From the IMG/VR virus record IMGVR_UViG_3300035156_000180, positions 1 through 46,177 of that record: a stretch of 46,177 bases of DNA, one strand, 5' to 3'. Source of the DNA: a virus. The notes under the pieces are model-generated. The model saw only the letters and a list, made by a program, of their open reading frames with translations. It was not told where the DNA came from and did not search any database. A program made the translations under genes and the position numbers. Of the stretch, positions 9,010-16,280 are shown one piece after another; the first letter of the stretch is position 1; the number at the start of each line of letters is the position of its first letter.

Positions 9010-10749
9010 TTAGTATGGGTCGTTACCAATGCCACTGGTTAGCGGTTCGGCAACAACGCTGTGGTCTTCCTCGTCCACAAAATCCTCATCATAATCATTG
9101 TCAATGGTTTGCACTACCTTGCCGGCATGCAGGTGGCTGTTTTGCAGGGTGTCTGCCAGGTCGTTATTATCAAACTCCTGCAGCCAGCGCCCGGCACCGC
9201 TGCCCATAAACGCCAGGGCCAGGGCATCGGCTTTGTCCGGGCTCTTGCCGTCGGGGCTGCGCTTTTTAATTTCGCTCTTAGGTTCAATTTGGATAATCTG
9301 TTTATCCTTGCCGGTAAAGTCGTAGCGTATGCTGGCCAGCTCATAAATCAGGTCTTCGTCTTCGGGTATGGCAATTTGGTGCTTAAAGAATTGCTGGCGC
9401 AGGTTCCAAAACATTTCGGCCCGCAGGTTAAAGTACTTGTCCGGGAAATGGGTGCCGGCACCAAAGTTTATAGGCACAGTGCGGTAGTGGTATACGTCCG
9501 GGTTTTCGGCTGCAGCATGGCGCAGGTGGTCAGTAACGCCACCGCCCACGCCCGTGTCGTCCACCTTAACAATGGCGTTCCAGTCGTCCATGTTCATGGC
9601 TTCAATAACCCGCTCCCCTGTAATGTGCGTATCCAAATATGCCCAATCGCTTATTTTTTGGACAAAGCCGCCGCGCCGCTCAATAAGCACGCTGCGGTCA
9701 TCACCAAACCGGGCAACGTCCAGGCCATACTCCAGCTCGCCCTCATCGCTAACCCGCCACTCGGTACGCACCTTGTATTCTTTCCACTCCGGGCTGCCGG
9801 GCACCATGCCGCGCAGCTTAACCATTTGCTTGTGTACGTCAACGGCTTTCATAATCAAGTTTAGCGGTATCAGGCTGTTGCTTGCCTGGCTTGGGAACTC
9901 ACCCAGCACCAGGGCCTGCCACATTGGCGAGTCTTCGCCCCATTGCACCAGGCGCTGGTAGGCGTTGGCCGGGTTGATAAGCTGCGGTATGGGCATAACC
10001 AGGCTAGACTTTACGGCAACGAAATGGTCGAGCGGCTGCACGCCCTGCGGTGGCCTAAACAATGCCACCAGGTCTGCCGTGTCCTTAATGCCGTTGGCTG
10101 TAAAGTTGGGCGTATCAAATGCGCTAATCGTAAAGCACTTAACCAGTGGGTCGCGGAACGCCTTAAAGAATCGCCCATCCGGGTTGGTGGGGTTGCCAAT
10201 CATAAGCACATGGGCGTTGATGTTTGGCGTAACGGCATCTACGCCTAAGAATATCTCCTCCTCCACGCCGCTGGCCTCGTCGACAATAACCAGTATGTCG
10301 TCGGCATGGTAACCGAAAAACTTTTCGCTATCCTTGGTGCTAAGCCCCACTGCATACCAGTCGTCGGCAATATCAAGCCCCACCTGGGTGGCCTGGGCTT
10401 CGGTTAGCGGCCGGGCACTCATGTTAAGCCGGCGGCGTATGTAGCGCCAAAGCACATCCTTTACCTGTCGCCACGTAGGGGCCGTGGTAATAACGATGCT
10501 GCCAGGCTTTAGGTTTAGGAACGCCAGGGCAATGTCGGCACTAACGTGGCTTTTGCCGGTACTGTTGGCAGACTTTACGGCTACAATGGGGTACTTAAAA
10601 ACAGCCGTTACAATTTCCTGCTGCTTATGCCAAAGCGGGCTGCCCAGTATGTCGCGTACGTAGTCTACTTGCCGGCCGTCGTCATAGTAGGCCCGTAGTT
10701 CTTCAGCTTCCTGCGGGGATATTTTGGGGTTGTTCTTGGTGGGTATCAT
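9010..10749 (-). CDS. terL: Terminase large subunit
   Basis: 579 aa. Walker A-like KSANSTGKS and Walker B-like ILVIVDEASG are followed by a nuclease-type C-terminal half. Position upstream of the portal fits. Confidence 0.9.
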   Translation of the reverse strand: MIPTKNNPKISPQEAEELRAYYDDGRQVDYVRDILGSPLWHKQQEIVTAVFKYPIVAVKSANSTGKSHVSADIALAFLNLKPGSIVITTAPTWRQVKDVLWRYIRRRLNMSARPLTEAQATQVGLDIADDWYAVGLSTKDSEKFFGYHADDILVIVDEASGVEEEIFLGVDAVTPNINAHVLMIGNPTNPDGRFFKAFRDPLVKCFTISAFDTPNFTANGIKDTADLVALFRPPQGVQPLDHFVAVKSSLVMPIPQLINPANAYQRLVQWGEDSPMWQALVLGEFPSQASNSLIPLNLIMKAVDVHKQMVKLRGMVPGSPEWKEYKVRTEWRVSDEGELEYGLDVARFGDDRSVLIERRGGFVQKISDWAYLDTHITGERVIEAMNMDDWNAIVKVDDTGVGGGVTDHLRHAAAENPDVYHYRTVPINFGAGTHFPDKYFNLRAEMFWNLRQQFFKHQIAIPEDEDLIYELASIRYDFTGKDKQIIQIEPKSEIKKRSPDGKSPDKADALALAFMGSGAGRWLQEFDNNDLADTLQNSHLHAGKVVQTIDNDYDEDFVDEEDHSVVAEPLTSGIGNDPY

Positions 10750-11275
10750 TTGTAATTACCTGGGCATCCATAATTTGTTTGGGTGGCTGGTCGCGGGCCT
10801 TAAACTCGCGGGCACGCTGCAGCAAGTCCATAAAGCCCTGGCTGTCATCGTTCTGCTGTTTTTCGTTCGGCATCTTAAACTCGGGGTCAAAGTTGGTTAG
10901 GTATAAAGCGGCTGCCTGGGGGTTGCCGGCTGCGGCCTTTAAGTAAATACCGTTCCAAACCTGGGCCAGCCTGTCCTTGCCAAACAGCTCCTTGCGGCGC
11001 TTGGCTACCAGCTCCCAAATGTCAGGTATGTGCTTGCGCCAATAGTATAAAGTTTCACGTGAAACACCAATGCTGTGGGCAAAGTCCTCGGCCTTAATCT
11101 TTTTGCCTGGGCCATCCTCGGCCGGTACCATGCCCCCTACAGCCAGGTAGCTTATGTAGTTGTCTTGTTGTGCAGTTAAAAACAGTTCGCCCTCGGCAGC
11201 GGGTTGCACAATGGCGGGTGGTGTACCGCTTATGGTTGCCGCATTTTCTGTGTAGTTTTGTGTATCACCCTGCAT
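10703..11275 (-). CDS. terS: Terminase small subunit (HTH-containing)
   Basis: 190 aa. Contains the HTH-like FAHSIGVSRETLYYWRKH. Overlaps the terL start by 47 nt. First gene after terminator 11325-11348. Confidence 0.55.
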   Translation of the reverse strand: MQGDTQNYTENAATISGTPPAIVQPAAEGELFLTAQQDNYISYLAVGGMVPAEDGPGKKIKAEDFAHSIGVSRETLYYWRKHIPDIWELVAKRRKELFGKDRLAQVWNGIYLKAAAGNPQAAALYLTNFDPEFKMPNEKQQNDDSQGFMDLLQRAREFKARDQPPKQIMDAQVITNDTHQEQPQNIPAGS

Positions 11276-11324
11276 TTAGCATAAGCATACCACGCAGCTG
11301 GCTGGCTGGAAACTCCCCCCAAAC

Positions 11325-11348
11325 AAAAAAGGCCACATTGCTGCGGCC
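11325..11348 (-). terminator. Intrinsic terminator closing the early/middle leftward block
   Basis: The minus strand reads GGCCGCA-GCAA-TGTGGCC followed by TTTTTT. This is a 7-bp stem with one G-U pair and a GNRA loop. Confidence 0.7.
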
Positions 11349-11368
11349 CTTAATGCGCGGTCAGTACA

Positions 11369-11572
11369 CTATTGGCGGGCTGTGGCAAAGTCCCGGCGGC
11401 TAATACGGCCACCTACTTTACCGGCTCGGCTGGCTAACTCAGGGTTGCCATAAAAACCCCCAGTGTGCCCTTTCCGGCCACCCTTAGCGCCAATAGCTTT
11501 ATAAAAATCAGCACCAAACTTTTTACGGTTGGTGTCGGCAGCTGCAACGCCACCTGTTCGAGTTCCGGCCAT
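11369..11572 (-). CDS. KGG-repeat general-stress-type protein (GsiB/YciG-like)
   Basis: 67 aa. Contains GAKGGRKGHTGGFYGNPELASRAGKVGGR, the KGG stress-induced repeat motif. Confidence 0.7.
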   Translation of the reverse strand: MAGTRTGGVAAADTNRKKFGADFYKAIGAKGGRKGHTGGFYGNPELASRAGKVGGRISRRDFATARQ

Positions 11573-11591
11573 ATCGTATACTCCTAGTTTT

Positions 11592-11840
11592 TTATTTTGT
11601 ATTGCCGTGGATTGGGCAATCTACGCGCCTACCCGCCGGCGGGCAAATGCAACTCCCATTTTGTTGACTGTCTGATATTGCACCGGAGGGCATAACCATG
11701 TTGGTTGTTACCATGCCCTGGCGTATTACAGCCTGCAGGCGTATGGCATCCGATACTGCGTAATTGCGGTATGGCTGGGCCATTTGCTTGTCTGCTTTCA
11801 GTTCGTCAATAAGGTGCTGCATTATTGTAGGTATGTCCAT
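11592..11840 (-). CDS. Hypothetical protein
   Basis: 82-aa ORF, tightly packed with its neighbours on the same strand. Confidence 0.5.
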   Translation of the reverse strand: MDIPTIMQHLIDELKADKQMAQPYRNYAVSDAIRLQAVIRQGMVTTNMVMPSGAISDSQQNGSCICPPAGRRVDCPIHGNTK

Positions 11841-11842
11841 GG

Positions 11843-12181
11843 CTAACTATAGTCCTTTTCGCTTGTGCTTGGTGTTACATTTTTAACATTGCTTATGCTT
11901 TCTGATACTATCCGGCTACCATTGGGCGGGTGCATGATGCTGCCCTTGAGCCTAAAGCGCCAGGTACTACGGTCTAAACGCAGGTAGCGCATAAAGCGGC
12001 GCAGCCGGGTTGGTTTTTCCCATATGGTAGTTACGCCATAATCACCACTAGGGCTTGCTGGGTCATAGCCATAAAACACCCCGGTATTGTCAGCAATGCG
12101 TTTCATGCCAACGGCTGCAGCTTGCATTGTGAATGGCTCCGGGCTTAAGTCTTGGCCATTGTATTCTACTTTTGCGTTCAT
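11843..12181 (-). CDS. Hypothetical protein
   Basis: 112-aa ORF. Its start overlaps the upstream gene by 4 nt. Confidence 0.55.
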   Translation of the reverse strand: MNAKVEYNGQDLSPEPFTMQAAAVGMKRIADNTGVFYGYDPASPSGDYGVTTIWEKPTRLRRFMRYLRLDRSTWRFRLKGSIMHPPNGSRIVSESISNVKNVTPSTSEKDYS

Positions 12182-12843
12182 TTTGCCCCCCTGCGTTGTT
12201 TAAGCTTTGCTGCAACACTGGCTGCACTGGCATACCCACTGTCAGCTTTGCGTTCTGATGCTGCTGCAGCTTTTTGCGTTTGCTGTTCGTCAGCCCTAAC
12301 ACCACGGGCGTATGTTTTTGCAGCTTCCCCAGCCAACTTGTTTGGCCCTGCCGGCTTGCCGGGTTGGGTTAGGTTAGGTTCTATTATATTAGTTTCATTT
12401 AGCTTCAATTGGGGGGTGTCTGTAGGCAGTCTGTTACCAGTCTGTGTGCTAACAGATACGTCCATACTCATTTGGTTGTAAAAAGGCGAAAACTCCCTAA
12501 GTTTGGCCTGGAGCCATTCCGGGAGTTCGTTGTAAGCCTTTTCTATGCCGCGCAGTATGCTTGGGTTGGGCCGCTGGTGCTTTATAAAATTACGCACTAT
12601 CAGCCAGCCATCCTGGTAAAACATTTTGCCGTCGCCTATAAACTTGTTAAGTATTTTCTCTACCATGTCTTTATCAATGCCAGTATCAAACGCAGCCTGG
12701 CGCAGGCTAATTTCATACACACCAGCCAGGTTGGTATTGGTGTTGGTCAGCAGGTAAATAAATAGTAGTTTTTGTATTGGGTCTAGGTCGATAATATACG
12801 TATCGCGCCAAAAGTTGGTGTTGACTATACGCCCTGTAGCCAT
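12178..12843 (-). CDS. Replication-organiser / DnaD-like winged-helix protein (putative replication initiator)
   Basis: 221 aa. The N-terminus NFWRDTYIIDLDPIQKLLFIYLLTNTNTNLAGVYEISLRQAAFDTGIDKDMVEKIL looks like phage replisome-organiser/initiator wHTH domains. The C-terminus is basic. Confidence 0.45.
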   Translation of the reverse strand: MATGRIVNTNFWRDTYIIDLDPIQKLLFIYLLTNTNTNLAGVYEISLRQAAFDTGIDKDMVEKILNKFIGDGKMFYQDGWLIVRNFIKHQRPNPSILRGIEKAYNELPEWLQAKLREFSPFYNQMSMDVSVSTQTGNRLPTDTPQLKLNETNIIEPNLTQPGKPAGPNKLAGEAAKTYARGVRADEQQTQKAAAASERKADSGYASAASVAAKLKQRRGAK

Positions 12844-12872
12844 TAAAAAAGCCCCCCGTTGGCATAGGGAGG
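12844..12872 (-). promoter_or_regulatory. 5'-leader hairpin abutting the ATG of 12178-12843. Terminator-like and possibly SD-sequestering.
   Basis: The minus strand reads CCTCCC-TATGCCAAC-GGGGGG-CTTTTTTA-ATG. The G-run sits at SD distance from the ATG and pairs with an upstream CCUCCC. Confidence 0.45.
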
Positions 12873-12898
12873 TCTTTAGTTTTTTTAGATTGGTACCC

Positions 12899-13003
12899 GC
12901 GTAATTAAGACACTACAATGGTACCAAAAACTAAGGTTGCCTGCAACCCCCGTTAGCCGTTAATTGCTATGGTTTTGAGGTATTGCATCTGTCTTAATTA
13001 CGC
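12899..13003. repeat. 14-bp perfect inverted repeat (arms 12899-12912 and 12990-13003) bracketing divergent promoters
   Basis: gcgtaattaagaca and tgtcttaattacgc were read directly. The palindrome ggttgcctgcaacc lies at 12935-12948 between the arms. Confidence 0.85.
12918..12946 (-). promoter_or_regulatory. Sigma-70-type promoter for the replication-organiser gene (TTGCAG-N17-TACCAT)
   Basis: Hexamers and the 17-nt spacer were counted by hand on the minus strand. Same architecture as the TTGCAT-N17-TAnnnT family. Confidence 0.5.
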
Positions 13004-13011
13004 AATACGCT
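12983..13011 (+). promoter_or_regulatory. Candidate plus-strand promoter (TTGCAT-N17-TACGCT) with no obvious coding target
   Basis: Hexamers were counted by hand. The right arm of the 14-bp inverted repeat lies in the spacer. It points toward the 3' end of the 13224-13466 gene. Confidence 0.35.
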
Positions 13012-13072
13012 ACAGCCTGATAATAGCATTTATGGTTTGCCGGAGCAATTCATTGTGCATAAGCCTGGGGAT

Positions 13073-13101
13073 AAAAAAACCGCCAGGCGAGGGGCCGGCG
13101 G
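13073..13101 (-). terminator. Intrinsic terminator (second of two after 13224-13466)
   Basis: The minus strand reads CCGCCGG-CCCCTCGC-CTGGCGG followed by TTTTTTT. Confidence 0.7.
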
Positions 13102-13140
13102 CACGATTATACTTTTTAAGCCCGTCAATGGTACTGGACT

Positions 13141-13181
13141 TAAAAGGCCATACAAGAGGGGGTGGGCACCGCTTGTATGGC
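13141..13181 (-). terminator. Hairpin / probable terminator (first after 13224-13466)
   Basis: 10-bp stem gccatacaag / cttgtatggc with a 15-nt loop, followed on the minus strand by TTTTA. Confidence 0.5.
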
Positions 13182-13223
13182 TTCAGGTACACATTGTAAA
13201 CACTAGCGCAATTATTGCAAGTA

Positions 13224-13466
13224 CTAGGCGTTAACGCGGGGCATAACTATATGGCGCAAAATTACTATGGTAAGCACCAGGGTGGCAGCAATAACACTAT
13301 AAGCAAACCGGTACGTGTGGATGCCGCAGCGCTTAGCTTTGTAGGCAATAAACTCGTTGCGGTTAATCATCTCGCCGGCACTGTAGCAGGGTAAAAACTC
13401 ACCCTGGCGGTAACCGTAAAGTGCTAAGTGTATTTTGTTTTGTATGGTGTGTGTTATGTTTAACAT
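13224..13466 (-). CDS. 80-aa protein with a C-terminal transmembrane helix. Stand-alone, probably leaderless transcription unit (moron-like).
   Basis: The first ATG of the ORF is at 13466 (MLNITHTIQNK...FAYSVIAATLVLTIVILRHIV...). The ORF-track start at 13556 is a TTG. The unit has its own promoter and two downstream terminators. Confidence 0.55.
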   Translation of the reverse strand: MLNITHTIQNKIHLALYGYRQGEFLPCYSAGEMINRNEFIAYKAKRCGIHTYRFAYSVIAATLVLTIVILRHIVMPRVNA

Positions 13467-13472
13467 AGCTAC

Positions 13473-13501
13473 ATTGTAGCATATAGTTGTATATAATGCA
13501 A
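13473..13501 (-). promoter_or_regulatory. Promoter TTGCAT-N17-TACAAT. The -10 hexamer ends 6 nt before the ATG at 13466.
   Basis: The minus strand reads TGTACTTGCAT-tatatacaactatatgc-TACAAT-gtagct-ATG, counted by hand. Confidence 0.65.
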
Positions 13502-13609
13502 GTACATTTTGTATGACTGTACCACCAATGGTAACCTGGGCGGCCCACTGTACCAAAAAACGGGTATTTTGATGCGGTGCTATTGCCTGCCCTGCTACAC
13601 TAGCCCACT

Positions 13610-13636
13610 AAAAAACCACCCCCATAACAGAGGTGG
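13610..13636 (-). terminator. Intrinsic terminator after the HAD gene
   Basis: The minus strand reads CCACCTC-TGTTATG-GGGGTGG followed by TTTTTT. Confidence 0.6.
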
Positions 13637-13701
13637 CTTGTTACACACTGGACTAGGTGGCGCTAAACAACAGAAAATTAGCCCACTGGCTAAATATAGC
13701 C

Positions 13702-14106
13702 CTAGTTGTTTAGGTGCGCCACTACCTTGGCGGCTATCTCATCAGTCAAACCGGTTTCCCACTTGGTTAAAAACAATGGCTGGTACGGGTAAAAGTCGTC
13801 GTCATCGTCCAGTATGGCGTGCCTGGTAACTTTAGGGTGCTGCTGCAGCCAGGCTTCTACCTCATCGCCGCGGGTTTTGCCCTGGCCCGTTTTGTCGTAT
13901 AGCTTAACAATTTGCTTTTCAACCTCGGCTATACCGTCCGGCATGTGCCGCCAGCTGCTGCTAAGCACTACCTCACAGCCAGTATCAAGCTGTATTTTGC
14001 CAACCAAAAACGCCATGTACGGGTCAATAACCAGGTAGTCGCCCCGCTTGGTAAACGTAGCCTTGCTATTGCATACGCCGTCAATATCTAAAAATAGCAC
14101 TTTCAT
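13702..14106 (-). CDS. HAD-superfamily phosphatase-like protein (RNA-repair 'Swiss-army-knife' HAD type)
   Basis: MKVLFLDIDGVCNS carries the DxDG(V/T) nucleophile motif. LSSSWR and DDDDD follow downstream. The ATG at 14106 forms an ATGA overlap with the stop of the upstream gene. Confidence 0.6.
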   Translation of the reverse strand: MKVLFLDIDGVCNSKATFTKRGDYLVIDPYMAFLVGKIQLDTGCEVVLSSSWRHMPDGIAEVEKQIVKLYDKTGQGKTRGDEVEAWLQQHPKVTRHAILDDDDDFYPYQPLFLTKWETGLTDEIAAKVVAHLNN

Positions 14107-14321
14107 TGGCACATACACCCAGGCCCGTGTGGCCCCATTATGTCATCAGGCCCCATAAAGTCATGCGGCGGCACTGTTTCAACCACTATGCTGTCAAGCT
14201 CCGGGGCCAGCTGCGGCACTACCGGGCGGCGGTAACCGTACGGGCACTTTGGGCACGGGCCAGGCCGGTCAAACACTGCGCTGCAGTCCGTACATTTATA
14301 GTCAGTAATTAAGCGGTCCAT
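14103..14321 (-). CDS. Small zinc-ribbon-like protein
   Basis: 72 aa with CTDC...CPKC (two CxxC pairs). Confidence 0.55.
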   Translation of the reverse strand: MDRLITDYKCTDCSAVFDRPGPCPKCPYGYRRPVVPQLAPELDSIVVETVPPHDFMGPDDIMGPHGPGCMCQ

Positions 14322-14323
14322 GG

Positions 14324-14497
14324 CTATATAATACCCTCATCGCGCATACGTTTGGCAAACGTCTTAAAGTCCTCGGTAACGTCGTGCTTTTCCAGCGCAT
14401 GGTAAACGCCGTTAGCTCCCTTACGCCACCGGGTTACTATGTACACTTTTTTAGTAAAATCGCCATAGCTAAACAGCGGTACCTGCTTAGCTGCCAT
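14324..14497 (-). CDS. Hypothetical 57-aa protein (below the ORF-track cutoff)
   Basis: Hand translation gives MAAKQVPLFSYGDFTKKVYIVTRWRKGANGVYHALEKHDVTEDFKTFAKRMRDEGII. It exactly fills the gap between two same-strand genes. Confidence 0.5.
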   Translation of the reverse strand: MAAKQVPLFSYGDFTKKVYIVTRWRKGANGVYHALEKHDVTEDFKTFAKRMRDEGII

Positions 14498-14762
14498 TGC
14501 CGCGCTCCGCTACAAATACCTCGTCCTCCAGTTCGTGGCCCACATCATGGAACCAGCGGCCAACGCTGTTTGCCTGCGGCCACGGGCTGGTTGGGTCGGG
14601 GCGGTGTTCCAGCATTGTCATTATGGCCGTATGGTCAGCCAGCGCGTGCAGCACCATGGCCACTTGCTTTTTAGTAGGCACGGGCTCACCCGTAATGCGG
14701 TTATCCAATTGGCCCATAAGCCTATCGGTTGCGTTTTGCCCGGCTACTTGTATTTTACCCAT
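14487..14762 (-). CDS. Hypothetical protein
   Basis: The likely start is the ATG at 14762 (MGKIQVAGQ...), just after the stop of the upstream mini-ORF. The longest ORF starts at 14783. Confidence 0.5.
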   Translation of the reverse strand: MGKIQVAGQNATDRLMGQLDNRITGEPVPTKKQVAMVLHALADHTAIMTMLEHRPDPTSPWPQANSVGRWFHDVGHELEDEVFVAERGNGS

Positions 14763-14763
14763 G

Positions 14764-14895
14764 CTATTTAATCTCCCATCCACAATTTAAGCAGTAATCA
14801 CCTTTATGCTGGTGTACGTCCGGGTGCATGCCATGATCCTGGTTCATGAAATGCCCGCCCTTTAAGCGGCACAGTATGCGTTGCCAAATATTCAT
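14764..14895 (-). CDS. Hypothetical 43-aa Cys/His-containing peptide (below the ORF-track cutoff)
   Basis: Hand translation gives MNIWQRILCRLKGGHFMNQDHGMHPDVHQHKGDYCLNCGWEIK. The ATG forms an ATGA overlap with the stop of the GT2 gene. Confidence 0.4.
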   Translation of the reverse strand: MNIWQRILCRLKGGHFMNQDHGMHPDVHQHKGDYCLNCGWEIK

Positions 14896-16280
14896 CGCTC
14901 AATCTCCTGGCCAACGGCCTTTGGTGTGGGGTTCCACTTAATACCTTTGGTGCCAGTACACCACTTAAATATTGCCACCGCCGGCCCGGTCGTATCGTAT
15001 AGCCCGGCAAACGGCGTGCGCACCAGCACTGTCAAATGCTCCCACAGCTTTGCCCAGCGGCTCATGCGGGTATAGCTTAGGTTTTGGGCCAGGCCAATTT
15101 GGGTTGCGCCCAGCCACATTACTAAGCCAGGCACTGCCAGCCAGGTAAAGTGTATTGGGGTCGGGTCGCCCAGTGCCCACATAAGTAAGCCGGCCGCGCC
15201 AATAAACAGCCAGGTAAGCAACGATATGAAGCTAACCGGCATGCCTACCCCGTACGTAAATACCCGCAGGCGTATTACTACTTTAATCTTAAAGCGGTCG
15301 TACCAGCTTAGCTGCTCCCAGCCTGGCAGGTCGCTAACATGGGCCACACCCTGCAGCGCACCCATAACCCAGCGCTCGCGTTGCTTATAGGCGGCACGCA
15401 GCGTAAACGGCGGCTGCTCTATCATTTCGGCACCGTGCCAGCCAAAAGCCTTTTTGCCGTAGGCTATGTATGCCATAAGCCCAAATACTAAATCCTCGGC
15501 AATCAGCGGGTTGTCGCGGTACTGCCCAATATCCCAGCCAATTTCGTTTTCCAACCGTTCCTGGATAACCAGATTGCTGCCGTGCAAATGCAGCGGTACC
15601 GGGTGTGTCATAACCACATAGCACTCGTGGCAGCCAAACGGCCGGTTGCTTTCCATGGTGCGGCACATCGGGTGGGCCTCCTGCCAGTCCAGGGCATAGC
15701 TAATTGTGCCCTCGCTTATGCCAACGGGGTTGGTAAGCAAATTGCGCACCAGGCGGGCCAGGTTGTCCGGCGTAAATACACTTTCCTCATCGTAATGCAC
15801 GATATACGCATCCCGCGGGTTGGCCCGGTGCAGCTCCACCATGTAGTGCAGTGCCCTGGCCTTAAGCTGCGTGCGCTTTGGCGTTTGGTAGTCAGCCGGC
15901 AGGCAGTAGGCCGTTACCGGTATGTCGGCCCGGTTAAACTCCCGGTTAATAATCTCCACCTCGCTGGCCTGCTCGGTAATTACCTCAACAATCAGCAAGT
16001 TTTCAAGTGCCGGGTATTTGCGTACGGCCTGCAGCGCATAGCGTATGCCGCGCAGCACCACCTTTAAGCTGCCGCCCTTGGTAGTAATTTGGATAGTAAA
16101 ACGGTACGGGTGCTTGCCCTCGGCAAACGTGCCTGCAGCCAGGGCTTTTATTTCGGCATTACTTACCGGGCTTTTATCAATATGCTTGTGCGCCCTGGCG
16201 TAAATAACAACCAGCCAGTAATAGAGGTAGCTAAGGTTTAACAGCACTATTATTGGTAGCAAAATTAAATAAGGGTTCAT
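14892..16280 (-). CDS. Membrane-embedded family-2 glycosyltransferase of the processive-synthase type
   Basis: 462 aa. An N-terminal TM helix is followed by a GT-A domain with HYDEES (DxD-like), IAEDLVFG (ED) and YKQRERW (QxxRW). Several C-terminal TM helices follow. Confidence 0.8.
   Translation of the reverse strand: MNPYLILLPIIVLLNLSYLYYWLVVIYARAHKHIDKSPVSNAEIKALAAGTFAEGKHPYRFTIQITTKGGSLKVVLRGIRYALQAVRKYPALENLLIVEVITEQASEVEIINREFNRADIPVTAYCLPADYQTPKRTQLKARALHYMVELHRANPRDAYIVHYDEESVFTPDNLARLVRNLLTNPVGISEGTISYALDWQEAHPMCRTMESNRPFGCHECYVVMTHPVPLHLHGSNLVIQERLENEIGWDIGQYRDNPLIAEDLVFGLMAYIAYGKKAFGWHGAEMIEQPPFTLRAAYKQRERWVMGALQGVAHVSDLPGWEQLSWYDRFKIKVVIRLRVFTYGVGMPVSFISLLTWLFIGAAGLLMWALGDPTPIHFTWLAVPGLVMWLGATQIGLAQNLSYTRMSRWAKLWEHLTVLVRTPFAGLYDTTGPAVAIFKWCTGTKGIKWNPTPKAVGQEIER

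Noticed and set aside
9061-9864. 267-aa plus-strand ORF inside terL. Similar long antisense ORFs occur at 22376-23008, 31916-32680, 33447-34076 and 43569-44225.
   Set aside because: All are antisense to genes with clear family motifs or operon context. They were treated as shadow ORFs.
12969-13234. Plus-strand ORFs of 76 aa and 65 aa in the 12844-13223 intergenic region
   Set aside because: One starts upstream of the only candidate promoter and the other uses TTG. Neither has an SD, and both run through terminator hairpins. The region is better interpreted as regulatory or antisense RNA.
14804-15180. 68-aa and 71-aa minus-strand ORFs overlapping the 3' part of the GT2 gene
   Set aside because: They are alternative frames inside a 462-aa gene with clear GT2 motifs. 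The real small ORF after GT2 is 14764-14895, in a different frame.
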